Source: Zancudomyces culisetae HAW-14-8
Lineage: Eukaryota; Fungi; Kickxellomycota
Direction of reading: 5' to 3'
Assembly (NCBI GenBank): GCA_052426225.1
Contig: JBNJNM010000008.1
Coordinates: forward strand, 868,001 to 932,000
DNA: 64,000 bases
The position numbers and the translations under genes are program-made. Positions 20,507 through 33,300 of the stretch are shown here, in pieces. Below the pieces are notes generated by a model. The model saw only the letters and a program-made list of their open reading frames with translations, did not search any database and had not been told where the DNA came from. Positions within the stretch are counted from its first letter, which is position 1; every line of letters starts with the position of its first letter.

Positions 20507-23500
20507 TTAGGTACAAAAAGTAAGAGTGAAGGAAGATCCATTAACATCATGGATATCTTGGATAAGAACAGAAGAATCCTGGGGAACAGGAACGAGGAAG
20601 ATTTCTTGTTTAAGCAAGGAGAAGAGGAAGGCCTCCTTTTTGGATAGAACAGAGAGGAGAGAGTCGTTTGGATCGGAGTTGAACTGCAGATAATAAGTGA
20701 CAGGATCGTTGGGTTGTAGACCAGCCTTCTTGCGGAGACGCTGGATGCGGTTAACCAATTCTCTGGCCAAACCTTCGTCAATAAGATCAGGGCTGAGGGC
20801 AGTGCTAAGGAGAATAACAACATCCTTGTCAGAATTTGCATGGTAGGATTTGTGCTTGTGAGAATCGCTGAGGCAAAGGTCGTCGAAAAAGCGGACAATG
20901 TTAATTTCGTCAGAAGTCAAAGTGATGTCATCAACGACAGAAATAAAGCCAGTAGACAAAGCGGCTTTAATTTCAGCAGCAGGAATGTTAGGCAAGGCAG
21001 CCTTGACCTTGGGTAGGTTTTTGCGGAGTTTTGTGCCAAGTTTTTTGTAGTCGGGTTCGGCCTTGTAGGAAATTCCATAGGCAGTCTCGTCTTGGGAGAG
21101 CACAAGGTTGCGGACGTTAAGCTCGGCGGAAATGTAGGAAGAAAGCTGGCGAATGTCGTCGAGATATTGAGGGTCAGAATGAACAACAACCAATTCGTCG
21201 AGAGGAGTCTTGAGGGACAAATTGTTTTTCTCGCGGACTACACGGGCAAGTTCAATAACAGACTGCATGCGCTGGACAGCACGTTCGATTTGAGGATCGA
21301 AATATTCGTCTTGGACTTCAGGGAATTGCAGGAAGTGGACGGAGCGAGAATCGGAAATATTCCAGGATTGCAGAGTGTGGGCAGAGATAAAGGGTCTGAG
21401 AGACTGATAAATCATTTCGGTAATATAAGGAGTGAAAGACGACATGATTCTACACATAGCCAGCAAAACAGAAAATAGAGTATTGGCAGCATCACAAGCG
21501 TTGCGTGGGCCGTCATCGCCCTTGAGTCTCTTGCGGTTGAAGCGTAGATACCAGTTGGTCAGCTGGTCAACCATTTTTACGAGAACAGGAACAACGGTGT
21601 AGAGTCGGTAGGCAGCCATTTCGGTGCGGACGTGGCGAATCAGCGATTGGGTTGCAGCCATAATCCAGCGATCCATAATGTTTTCTTTGCTGACGTGGTG
21701 GGACACAGTTTGGAAATCGACGCCCAAATCTTCTACACGAGACAGGAAGAATTTGGAGGCATTGAACCAAGGCAAAAAGACCTTTGACACAACTTCACGC
21801 ACTCCTTCTTCCTTGAACTTGAGAACTTCACCACGCACAACTGGTGAGTTGATGAGATACAGTCGCAGAGCATCGGCACCGTATCGGTCAATGACGATGT
21901 TTGGATCAGGATAGTTTTTGAGACGCTTACTCATCTTCTTTCCATCAGACGCCAACACCAACCCTGTACAAATCAAATTCTTCCATGGCGCTGTGTTGCG
22001 CAAGTGAACTGACAACACTAGTAGAGTATAGAACCAGCCGCGAGTCTGGTCGATTCCCTCTGAAATAAAGTCGGCTGGGAAGTTGGCCTCGAAGTGCTCT
22101 TTGTTTTCGAATGGATAGTGGTTTTGCGAGTATGGCATACTTCCTGACTCAAACCAACAATCAAACACCTCTTCAACACGTCGCAACATTGTGCCTGGAT
22201 TCTTCTTGCTTGGAATCTCCAACCCATCAATGGTGTCACGATGCAAGTCAACGATTCCGCTTACTCCTGTCAGCTCCTCCAACTCTGCTACTGATCCAAC
22301 ACACACTATCTCCGAATAGTCGCTGTTTGCCCACAACGGAATTGGTGTGCCCCAGAATCGGTTACGTGAAATGTTCCAGTCACGTGCATTCTCCAGCCAG
22401 TTGGCAAATCGCTTCTCTCGCACATGTCCTGGAACCCACCGTGTAGCCTGGTTGGCTGCTAGCAGCTTTTCCTGGATGTTACGTACTCGTACAAACCACG
22501 ATGGAACTGCTCTGTACAACAATGGTGTGTCTGATCGCCAGCAGAATGGGTAGCTGTGCACCAGTGTTCCCTGGCGAATCAACTGCCCTCTACCCTTCAG
22601 TGTTCTCATAATCTCCTTGTCTGCGTCCTTTACATAAATTCCACAGAAATCGCTTACTTGTTTTGTAAACCGTCCATCCTCATCAACTGGACATGGCAAG
22701 TCGTCTGCCTCGTCACCAATCACTCCATTTGCTTGGCACACTCGGAAATCGTCCTCTCCAAATCCTGGTGCTTGGTGCACAACTCCTGTACCGCTATCAT
22801 CTGTTACATAATCATCCTGGAGAACTTTGAACGCTCTCTCTTTGTATTCTTCAGCGAAATAGTCAAACAATGGCTCGTACCGCATTCCTACAAGTGCTGA
22901 CCCCTTCATCTTTTCTAGAACTGTCATTTTGGCCTTTGCTGGGTTCTTGTACAACTCGCACAGTCTCTTTTCTGCCAAGATATACACGTTTCCGCTCTCA
23001 GCATCCTCGATCTTCACATAGTCCATATCTTTGTGCACACACAATGCCAAGTTGCTTGGAAGTGTCCATGGTGTAGTTGTCCATGCTGCAAGATAAGTCT
23101 TCTCTTCTCCAGCAACTTTGAATCCAACTACTACTGCTGGGTCCGAAACATCCTTATAATTCTGACCTGCCTCGAAGTTCGATAATGGTGTTGTACAGCC
23201 TGTCGAGTATGGCATCACTCGGACTCCTCGATATACCTGTTCCTTTTCGTACAGTTGCTTAAATACCCACCATACACTCTCCATAAACGATGTGTTCAGA
23301 GTCTTGTAGTCATTGTCAAAATCTATCCATCGTCCCAACCGCTCTACTGTTGTTCTCCACTCGCCTGCATATCTCATCACAATTCCTCGACACGCCGCAT
23401 TGTATTTGTCAATTCCCATGTCGTATACCTGCTGCTTGTATTTGATCTCTAGCATCTTGTCAATCTCGTATTCTACTGGCAGACCGTGACAATCCCATCC

Positions 23501-23752
23501 AAACCGTCTCTGCACATAGTGTCCTGTATTTGCTGCAAACCGCGTTACCACATCTTTAACTGTTCCTGCCAAAAGATGCCCATAATGCGGAAGTCCTGTT
23601 GCGAAAGGTGGTCCATCATAGAATGTGTAGTGCTTGCGCCCTTCTGCTAGTTTCAACGATGTCTGGAACGCATCAATTTCCCTCCAATATTTGATGATCT
23701 TTTCTTCCTCCTTTGCAAATGTAAATTGCTCGGTTTCTTGTTCTGTTGCCAT
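20507..23752 (-). CDS. ILS1: Isoleucine--tRNA ligase, cytoplasmic; no introns
   Basis: FYDGPPFATGLPHYGH (HIGH motif), GWDCHGLPVE, AWTTTPWTLPSN, WNISRNRFWGTPIP, EGIDQTRGWFY, KMSKR. Confidence 0.97.
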   Translation of the reverse strand: MATEQETEQFTFAKEEEKIIKYWREIDAFQTSLKLAEGRKHYTFYDGPPFATGLPHYGHLLAGTVKDVVTRFAANTGHYVQRRFGWDCHGLPVEYEIDKMLEIKYKQQVYDMGIDKYNAACRGIVMRYAGEWRTTVERLGRWIDFDNDYKTLNTSFMESVWWVFKQLYEKEQVYRGVRVMPYSTGCTTPLSNFEAGQNYKDVSDPAVVVGFKVAGEEKTYLAAWTTTPWTLPSNLALCVHKDMDYVKIEDAESGNVYILAEKRLCELYKNPAKAKMTVLEKMKGSALVGMRYEPLFDYFAEEYKERAFKVLQDDYVTDDSGTGVVHQAPGFGEDDFRVCQANGVIGDEADDLPCPVDEDGRFTKQVSDFCGIYVKDADKEIMRTLKGRGQLIRQGTLVHSYPFCWRSDTPLLYRAVPSWFVRVRNIQEKLLAANQATRWVPGHVREKRFANWLENARDWNISRNRFWGTPIPLWANSDYSEIVCVGSVAELEELTGVSGIVDLHRDTIDGLEIPSKKNPGTMLRRVEEVFDCWFESGSMPYSQNHYPFENKEHFEANFPADFISEGIDQTRGWFYTLLVLSVHLRNTAPWKNLICTGLVLASDGKKMSKRLKNYPDPNIVIDRYGADALRLYLINSPVVRGEVLKFKEEGVREVVSKVFLPWFNASKFFLSRVEDLGVDFQTVSHHVSKENIMDRWIMAATQSLIRHVRTEMAAYRLYTVVPVLVKMVDQLTNWYLRFNRKRLKGDDGPRNACDAANTLFSVLLAMCRIMSSFTPYITEMIYQSLRPFISAHTLQSWNISDSRSVHFLQFPEVQDEYFDPQIERAVQRMQSVIELARVVREKNNLSLKTPLDELVVVHSDPQYLDDIRQLSSYISAELNVRNLVLSQDETAYGISYKAEPDYKKLGTKLRKNLPKVKAALPNIPAAEIKAALSTGFISVVDDITLTSDEINIVRFFDDLCLSDSHKHKSYHANSDKDVVILLSTALSPDLIDEGLARELVNRIQRLRKKAGLQPNDPVTYYLQFNSDPNDSLLSVLSKKEAFLFSLLKQEIFLVPVPQDSSVLIQDIHDVNGSSFTLTFCT

Positions 23753-26700
23753 TTATTTTTCTTTTTTCAATATACTCTATCCTTTTTTTTGTTATTCTTT
23801 TTAATGTTTTTCAAAATAAATCTTTAATAATTGTGCCTGTTATAAATGTTGTTTAGTTAAAACACTCCTTTATTTGCCTTTACCAAGGTATAATCTTTTG
23901 AAAAATTCAACATATGTTACAAATCTTCAATTTCTACTTCCTCCCCTTACCCACCCTATCCTCCACAGTGATGAAAAAAAAAATTTTTTTTCTCATGCAT
24001 ACAATTGTTTTGCTCGATTTTAGCATCTTACTCCGTCTTTTATTTTTATTTTTGCACTTTCATTTCACTCCTCTCCTCCTCCCCACCCCCGCCCACTTGT
24101 TTTTCAACTTTACAACTGATTCGTCACTATTTTGTCACTTTTTTATTTTTCTTTATTGTGTAGAGTATATTTTAGCATCTCCATTTTTATGCCTTTCTAA
24201 TTTTTCTCACACTTTAGTAAAAATAAATGATTCTTAATGACAGATTTTCTTTAATTTATGATGCATTCGTTAGTTTTAATCAAGCAATGTTTTAACACTA
24301 TGTAACTTTACCCAGTTGTCTCAACCAAAAAATATATATAGTTAATTAAATTGAAGAACCGATTTGTACCCAGTAAAACTATCAATATAGTCAAACAAAT
24401 ATAATACACGCCAGTACTAGCACTACCATAATATGTTTTCACATCCGAATAGAATAAAAAAAAAGGAAAACTCGGATACAATACCTATTTATTTTTGCCA
24501 ATGATTCCGTAGATATGTTATATATCCCTTAAGAATGACACTACGAACTGCCTTCAAGTATCTTCTCTATCACATCGAATATGTACTTCAAATATATCAT
24601 TAGCCTATACTATGTTGCTCAGTACAACTGGCCAACTAAAAGAAAAATATACTTTACCTTTGCTCAACATCTTTTCTTTGCAACCACTATTTACAAAAAA
24701 AATAAATATCAGTTACATGTGATGTCATTTGCTTTTACAACATACCAAGGTCGATCTTTCATCACATACTTTTTTTAAATACACTGTCCTGCCATTACAT
24801 TACCCTTAGTTATTTTTTAAAGCTTGATTATTTATGATTGATGAGCTGCATCTTTCTTTTAATTCACATGTCAGTGTTCATACCATGAAAAAACTCATTT
24901 TTTTTCTTTAAAAACACCAGAAAATGATAAACCGGATAATATAACCAAGACTTCACTTTTACTCGGATAGATCAAATCACATTTAGCAAGTTCATATAAT
25001 AAATATTCCCTTTATGTATATTTTTGTGTATATTTTTGTTTTGATACAGCCAAAGTCCTACTTTTACATCTTTTCCCTACATTCCCTCGTTATCTGTTTC
25101 CATCTTGTAGGAATTATAATTCCTACAAGATGGTATATCCCTGAGTATTCCACCGTATCAGAACCATATGCTATAAACAATTCCATCCTCTTCCCTTTTC
25201 ACATTCAAGCCTTTTACATAATTGGCTTCAATCTCCTTAAAATAATAATAGAAAAATAGTGAACAAAAACCAAAAACCAAAAACTTGCTCATCATTTCCA
25301 ATTAGCTAATGTCCAACACCTTCTAGAACCGACAGCTTGAGCTTGAGTCTGGAACCTCACTTGATTTATCCTATATTACCTTTTCTTTTTCCCTTCCTTT
25401 TGTACTTTTGTAATTTGCCTTCATCCAATACTCTAAAAAGTCGAATCTCGAATGTGGTGGCACACTTAACAGCGCCACGCAATTTTACCCTTCTCATCAT
25501 CCTTCCCTTTTTTCCTTCCCTATTTGATTTTCTCTGCACTCCCTGTTAATTTAATTGGCTTTTTTTTATTCTCTATGTTTTCATCTAGGGATTTGTACTG
25601 AATATACACTTTGCTGCTATTTGTACAAACCCTTTTTTTTTTGTCCATTCAAAGATAAGTTTCTTGAAAAAATACTCATATCAAGTAGAACACCAGATCT
25701 GTGATTATGCGGATACATTATTAGAGTTCAAAATTTCCCTATATATGTAATATATCTACACGTTTTTTAAATTTTGGTTAAAATACAACACACAAATTAA
25801 CATATGCTGAATAAGCACACACTATAAATAAAAGGGACATCTAATTCTCGCTATTTCTTCCAAAAAGCGTTATATTTTCATTAAAGTTGTTCACCAGATT
25901 CCAGACTTTTACTATATCAGTAAGAATAGATCTAAAAGTACCAAAGAGTTTGTAAACCAGTACTAGCATGTTTTCCAAACTCCAACTACTAGAAAAAATA
26001 ATGTAATGTTTATAGATTCTTATGACTGTTTTTATTGTTTTTTCATTGGTATTGCTTGATATAATAATTTAGATCCAGAAATCGCCCCCACAAGATGGAA
26101 CGTTTTGTGTTTCCAATCAAATAATAAAATTACAATAAAAGATCAGGCAACACATGTTGATGGAAAAAAGTTCAAGTTGATGTATTCAAGAATCAAACGC
26201 AAATATACAATGGTACAATATCTATGCCTGTAAAAATAGTAAGAAAAAAAAGCACTTTAACATTACTTTTTACTGACCTAGAGCTTGGCCTGAAGCCTGA
26301 CTTCACCAAAAGTAAGTGAATAAATGCTAAACGTTGCTATTTACTGAACTCAGAAATCCAAAAAAAAAAACCCTCTCACCTCCCCTCCTCCTTCTCCTTC
26401 TCCTTCTCCTTCTCCTTCAGATTACAGCTTACCTTCAACTCTATTACTTTGAATTCAATATTGGGAGATAGGTAGATCAACAAGTAAATTTGTTATCAGA
26501 AATAATGGCACTGGGTCAATTTAAGATGTTAAATGGTATCTACCCCAACCTAGTAATTGCGTGAAAAGGAGAACAATGGGCAAATGAAATGTATAACAGC
26601 CCATTTTAAACACACTTGATTTTCATAATACACCCAAATGTGATACAGATTTTTTTTAAACAAGCAAACAATCCATCGGCTAACAATGTCTTGTTGTGCT

Positions 26701-29034
26701 CTTTTGACATCCTGTGTAAGTTTATAAGTGTTGGGGAAATCGATTGTTCCGGTTAGCGAAAAGATATACCAACTACACTCAAACACTTACTATTTTTTTC
26801 GCCAGAGTGTATGCAGATTAAATATCAAGATTAATATAACTGAAATAAGGTATTGTTATGTTAGTAATAGCGATACCATTTTGTATAATAGACATTGGTA
26901 CTTGTTGGCAAAAAACATGTATTCTTTTTCCCTACTTACAAATTATACAATTTAGGCACGGATTTTGGGTTTTAGAGCTGAGTTTAAAAAACATATTTCG
27001 TAATAGTGTCGTAAAAATTCACCACAACCAAAAAAGCATCTAAAAACCGAAAGATTCAGGGAATAAAGCATTGTATCAAGCACATTGAGTTGATGTCATA
27101 GAATAAAGAGACAGCTGTACGTCTTTGATGAGTGTTTTAGGACTTACAATCCCTGTCATAATTAGTTTATTCAGCATTTTTAACAGGCGTCATCCTGTTT
27201 GTTGCAAGAGCTCGCTTTTTCTTTTGACATTTTCAAGTTGCGCTTATTTTTATCTATTTACTGGTCTCGAAAAGGTCCAGCTGCCCAATAAAGTGGAAAA
27301 GTGAAAACAAGGAAGGAAAGCGTCATAAAGTCATATAGTCACAAAATCATAAAGCTAAAATGCCAAATAGCCAAAGAGTCAAAGAGTCAAAGGGTTCAAT
27401 GGCAACTCCTTTTCTACCCGTAAAATCATCTAAATGGTTAGAGAAAAAAAACCAAGGTAACACCAAAACCAAGAGCTTTTCGTACAAACAAAAAAAGTCA
27501 TTCAATGTGAATTACAATGTAGAAGATTCATAACTGAAGCTGTAAATTGGCGAGGTTAAAAAAAACAAAACAAAACAAAAAGTGATGTACTTTGCTGTAT
27601 TGTGCAATGTGAATGCGATTGACGAAGGGTTTCGGCCTTGTTTTAAAACTACAAAAGGAAAAAGACCAACTGAATTGTGCGCAAATTACAAGGGATTAAT
27701 TAGCAAATGTAAAAAAGCTCAAAGGTTTAAGGTGGAATGCATGGTAGCAATAGCAAAGCTTTTATTTTATTTTTGTAGAATTTTGCGCCTTTTCAATTAA
27801 AAGGGTCTATTTTGTTAAATTTGTCTTTGTAGTTGAGTGGTCGCTTCTATGTCAATAAAGACGGTTGCAAGAGTGTACCAGGGTGCAAAAGAAATAAAAG
27901 AACATTTCTTTTTGGTTTTTATTTCGTTTTGAATACAGGTATATTATATGAAATACTGACAGCGGATTGGAATAAAGTGTTTACGGAAAAAATCTAAAAG
28001 ATACCCACCAGAACACGTAGACAAACATTGTAAATCATAACCAGGTACCATTATGCTTTTGTATTTCGCTATTTTTATTTTCGGAATAGGGGTGAAATTA
28101 GCACATACACGTTCTAATTGTCACAAAAGCAAAAACTCGATAGAAACACTATGACCTCTCCCCCCCTTTCTCCAATAAAGCCAAAACATAAAATTCTAAA
28201 AATGGGCTCAGGAGATTATATTTGAGAAACAGGATTACTATATTATTAAAATAAATTACAGCATTTTTCTACAGCATAATGGTGAATATAGCTTGATAAA
28301 GAAAAAAACACTGCCGAAAAAAAAAAGATTTCTGCAATTTGATTAGCAAATTCGCAGTTAATCTTCGAATGAATATAACCTGGAGTGGGAAATATGTTCA
28401 CATAATATAATGTAGGTAATTTAAATGTCACCGCAAAGTCACAATAAATTCAATTTAACGATCGTCTATGCTTACATAATCTCAATGGTTGTAACATCGC
28501 TTGTATGATACTCTTTATTGGATTTTTAATTTTGTAATCTTCAGATCTTTGTTTTTTTTTGTTGTCATTTAATTTTTTCTTTTTTGAAAAAGGCAATTCT
28601 AAATTCGAACAACTTAGTAATTAAACACCATACTTTGCCTTGAAATGGTTCGAAAATCACCAAAGGCAACTCAAAGAAATAAAACCAAGATAGTGAAACG
28701 GATTAAAAAGGGTCATCTCAATATACTTTAGCTGATAAACTTGGGCTTACAACTCATAAACCAAAACACAGCATTTAAACTAACAAATCCCATATTTAAA
28801 AGGGTTATAAGTACGCAGATAAAGTCAAAATAAAATTATCTCATTCACTGGAACTAAAATTCTTTCTTATTGTGTATGTTTTAAAGTCTTGGTATGAGTA
28901 TCTTTTAAGGTTACTATACCATCAATTATAAACCAAAAAAATAAAAACAAAAATAACATAACATTACATAACATAACACTCAGAACTTAAAGAAAGAAAA
29001 AACCAGATTAAACTCACATCGCAGTAATAGGAAA

Positions 29035-30315
29035 ATGGCTACTCACGCGGCAGTTGACAATAGCACTACTACAAACAATCAAAATAATGAAAACATGAAC
29101 ACCAAGTCCAGTAGAAAGAAGGGAAAGATGCTGGGCTACTCAATCGACCATGGAACCCTTCAGTTTGTTAAACTTATAGGGGTAGGAACCTATGGTGAGG
29201 TGTACAGGATATTTGACAAAAAGAAGCTCAGTGAATACGCAGTTAAGGTGTTACCAAGAAAAAAAAACAAGGCACCAAATAATCAGGACGAATCGCCGTT
29301 TATAGATGCAAGGATGCTGAGCCACGAGATTTCGCTTTATACAAGAATTCCACCACATCCAAATATCATTAAACTTGAAAGAATCTTGCACACAAATGAC
29401 CAAATTTTTATTGTGATGGAGGACTGTGCTGGAGGCGATTTGTATGAAAACATATCAAACAACCCATACTTCCACCTTCCTGGAAATGATGCGCTAATTA
29501 GAAGGTTATTTTTACAACTCATAAGTGCAGTAAGTCACTGCCACAGATACGGAGTCTACCACAGAGATTTGAAGCCAGAAAACATCCTGGTTACCGAGGA
29601 TGGCCTAAACGTAAAGATAATTGACTTTGGTCTTTCAACTGATCGACCACTGAGTAACGAACTTGGGTGTGGTTCAGCCTACTACATGAGTCCTGAGTGC
29701 CAGGGTGGTATCAATGGGGACCTCAAGTACTATGCTACTGGGCCCAATGATGTCTGGGCGCTTGGTGTGATTCTCATTAACCTTGCTACGGGTAGAAACC
29801 CATGGAACAGAGCTCATATCTCAGACCCTCTTTTCTACCGGTATTTGAAAAACACATCTTTTCTTTGTCAAGCCATAAATGCCACTCCAGCATTTGCCAA
29901 AATAATATGTAGCGCTTTGAATGTAGATCCTTCTCTACGCTGTACATTAGATGAGTTGAAGGATATGGTTGAAAACTGTCATGTGTTTGTCAATAAGCTC
30001 TATAAAAACGTCAAAGAGGCACCAAAAGAACACTACAAACTTAGTAACAACGGATTCTGTAATACAAAGGAGTATCTCACACCAAATAGAGGAAATGAAT
30101 TATCTGATAAAACTTGCAGGTCCAGCAATGAACATTTATCTCATAACAACACACTTTCTACAAATAACACCAATCACACCCATAATTTTTCGGGTAAAAT
30201 TAACGAGAGAACCGACTCATTAGCATACTTGCATAGCAGCACAAACATAACCAATTATAACTTTAATGGAAACTTTGTCAAAAACCATGCATCACAGTTT
30301 CCCTTTCATCATTAG
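29035..30315 (+). CDS. Ser/Thr protein kinase, Ran1/Pat1-SKS1/VHS1 family
   Basis: GVGTYGEV, YAVK, HRDLKPENIL, DFG, CGSAYYMSPEC and the family-typical NDVWALGVILINLATGRNPW. Confidence 0.92.
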   Translation: MATHAAVDNSTTTNNQNNENMNTKSSRKKGKMLGYSIDHGTLQFVKLIGVGTYGEVYRIFDKKKLSEYAVKVLPRKKNKAPNNQDESPFIDARMLSHEISLYTRIPPHPNIIKLERILHTNDQIFIVMEDCAGGDLYENISNNPYFHLPGNDALIRRLFLQLISAVSHCHRYGVYHRDLKPENILVTEDGLNVKIIDFGLSTDRPLSNELGCGSAYYMSPECQGGINGDLKYYATGPNDVWALGVILINLATGRNPWNRAHISDPLFYRYLKNTSFLCQAINATPAFAKIICSALNVDPSLRCTLDELKDMVENCHVFVNKLYKNVKEAPKEHYKLSNNGFCNTKEYLTPNRGNELSDKTCRSSNEHLSHNNTLSTNNTNHTHNFSGKINERTDSLAYLHSSTNITNYNFNGNFVKNHASQFPFHH

Positions 30316-33300
30316 AAAGGCGTATCATGTATCTCTAGTATGACTTTATTGTGAGCTCTGTGCTTTTGCCGTGTTATTTTACCCTGTAATTTTTATTTTT
30401 GGAGTGTATTCCTCGTTGGTATTACAAGCCATTTCAAAAGTAGCCATTTGACCTATTTTTGCTTGTATAGATATATGTTTTTCTTTTTTTCTTTTGTTTT
30501 ATTCCTTAACTTTAACACCATTATTAATATTAATTATTGTATACTGATAACTAGCATCTCCTTTCTTTTACACCTGTTCTACCTTTTTTGGAGTTCAAGC
30601 CACTGATTTAATTGTATCTTGACAAAAAAATAGCTCATTTGCGTTTACGCAAGTATTGACTTTGAACACACCTTTTTTGGTATCCAAAAGCTCCGCGTCT
30701 TACTTAACCGATTGAAACACTTTGTTGCGCAGAGTTATTGTTATACTATTACTATTCTTGTTATTAAAAACAAAATACATGTGTTTGCCCACATAAACTC
30801 CATTACTACTCTTTGATGTGTATTTTAAAAATCAGTCGCACTAAAGCAGAGTTAGTCCTTTTTTTTAACTATTGGTTGGGCGCAACATAATATCAATGGC
30901 TAGACCCTGAAAAAAAGGGGAAAAAGTGTAATTGTTCTTTTCAGGAAATATTTTTGTAGAAAGCGCTTAGAGAGCCCGTACATTTTGCGTAAAGTAGCAC
31001 AGGTTTTCTCAAATAATTTTATTTTTATAAAATAGCTCAACGGCGTATTTCACTACTTGTAAAAAAAGCTCCCATTTGCAATGTCCAGACTTGCACAGCT
31101 CATGTTTGTCTGCTCCATAACTATAAAAGAGCATTTTTTTAGTGGTTTTAGCAGAGGAAAAGGAGTTAGACAACCACCAATAAACCAACCATTTTATTTT
31201 GATATACAATATAGGAAATAGGCGGCAAAAGTTGGCATAATAGCTCCCGCCAGTAAAATGATCTCCTTCTAGAAAAACGGATGTGAAGCTTTTTGTCATA
31301 GGAATTGCAGACGTTTTTCCAAAACTAAACATTTTGAATGGAATAAATTGAAAAACCACAGTCGTACAGAGAAGCTTTTTGCAGCCAATGGTAGCAATAA
31401 TGCAGCTCTTCAGGGTTAAGTCTTTGAAGTACCGATCCAATACACGTTTTAGCGATGTTCCAAAATCCTTCTGGATTAGGTTACATCGTTTTGTAATTTC
31501 AACCCTGTTCTATTTTTCTATTTTGCCCATTACGTCATTGGGAAGGCATGAAAAAGAGGGTGAGAGGGTAGGGGAGTACGGAAATAAATGGGGGAGGGGG
31601 GAGGGGAGGGGGAGTAATCTAAACAAGCCGGTATTAGAAGCCAGAGTCGAATAAAATATAATTTTGCTGCGAGCATTTAAAACTCAGAGAAAGGGTGAGT
31701 GATTTCCAACTCTTTTCTAGTAGTACAAATTTACAGAAATTGTTTGTTATACATCACCACGCTTTAATTCGGTCATAGCTGACCTTTTCCCAGCCAAAAG
31801 AGGAATGATATGATGTTTTCTTTCTACAAACACATGTATACTTTTTTCTTGAGCTGTGTGTTCTCCTTTGTATATTTTGATTATTTAGCTTGCCTAGAGG
31901 TGTTGGGGTCACAAAATTAAAAGGTGATATTTTATCACAAATACAAGGTGAGTCATTTTATTTTTGTGTGATGAACCCGCTTTCCGCACTTCTACCCTAA
32001 AAGAGATTTAAATAAATGCCATAAAAAATCCTATATTAAAGTAGATATTTTGGTTTGGAAATCTGTAATTCCATTGAAAAGCAACATCAAAATAATACTC
32101 CTTTAAAAAAATCAGCATGGTAACGCGAACATGTAATCCTAAATGCCCTGTTTTATTTTATTTTAATACAAATCCATCTTGCCTTTTCAAAATGAGCTGA
32201 GAATTTATTGTAAAAGATCAAATAATACAAAATCTTTTTTCTATTTCCCATAGATTTGAAAGAGGAAGATACTCTGCTAAAGAGAAAATAAATAAAATAA
32301 AATAAAAAACCAAAAGGAACCAACTAACCAGTTAATTTATGAAGTAATAGTTAGTGCATCAGTTCTTTATAAAACTAATGCTGGTAGAGATGGCATCCTA
32401 GCAATCTGCAAAGCATCTTGTGTGTATAAAAAAGCAAAGATCTACTAAGGATAGTGGGGTGTATATTTTTTTCGACCAATGCAAGATTCATTATTGCTAT
32501 TAATACTCTCTTGACTTTTGAAAAGATGAAAGTGCAATATATGCTCTTCAGACACAGTCGTCGCTGAAAAGAAGTGGGCTTACTTGGAAAATCCACAACG
32601 TGCATTTCTCAGCTCTAGGACAAGCACTAGCTAAACTTATTTTTGGGTGTTTTATTGGCACATTTATCTTTGGGTTTCAACTCCATACGATTTTTTTTTG
32701 GTGTAGCGTTACAAAAACATCACGATTTACTATAACTATAGTTTTATTTTGTTGCTTTAAACCTGAGGTTTTGAATAAGGGCATCTAGTTCTGTGACTTT
32801 ACGTAACTGATTTTTTCTTTTTGCCACCCATTAAAATCAATACTTTGATTTAATCCTTGTTTGAAAGCGTAAATTGTATATTTCCATATTTGTTTTAGTT
32901 AAAAAGCCAGATAACACCTAGGAGTGGTCATGTGGTCATGTGTGCATGAATCTAGAATCCTGTATCATAATAATTAATACTTTTGTTTGTATTTTTCAAA
33001 ACACCTGCAATTATAGTGTATGCATATACTTTGAAAATAAAGTATTAAAAAATTGGGGATTGAAGAAAGGGATAAAGTAAACCAATATACATTCCGCCAA
33101 TATTGCACGTTTCCATCAGTAACGCATGCTAACTACATTGCCATGAATTCATAGGCCAACCCACGAGTCAGAATAAATATGCCACTTTTGCACATATTTG
33201 CGAGATAACAGAAAGAAATGGAGATGGGTAACATTGGGAGGGATTTTCCGTTCTTCATAAACTCACATAAATTTTGCCTATCATCTTTTTTCCAAAAGTT

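Noticed and set aside
31009-31654. 143-aa and 91-aa ORFs downstream of the kinase
   Set aside because: Non-ATG starts, no motifs and intergenic-like composition.
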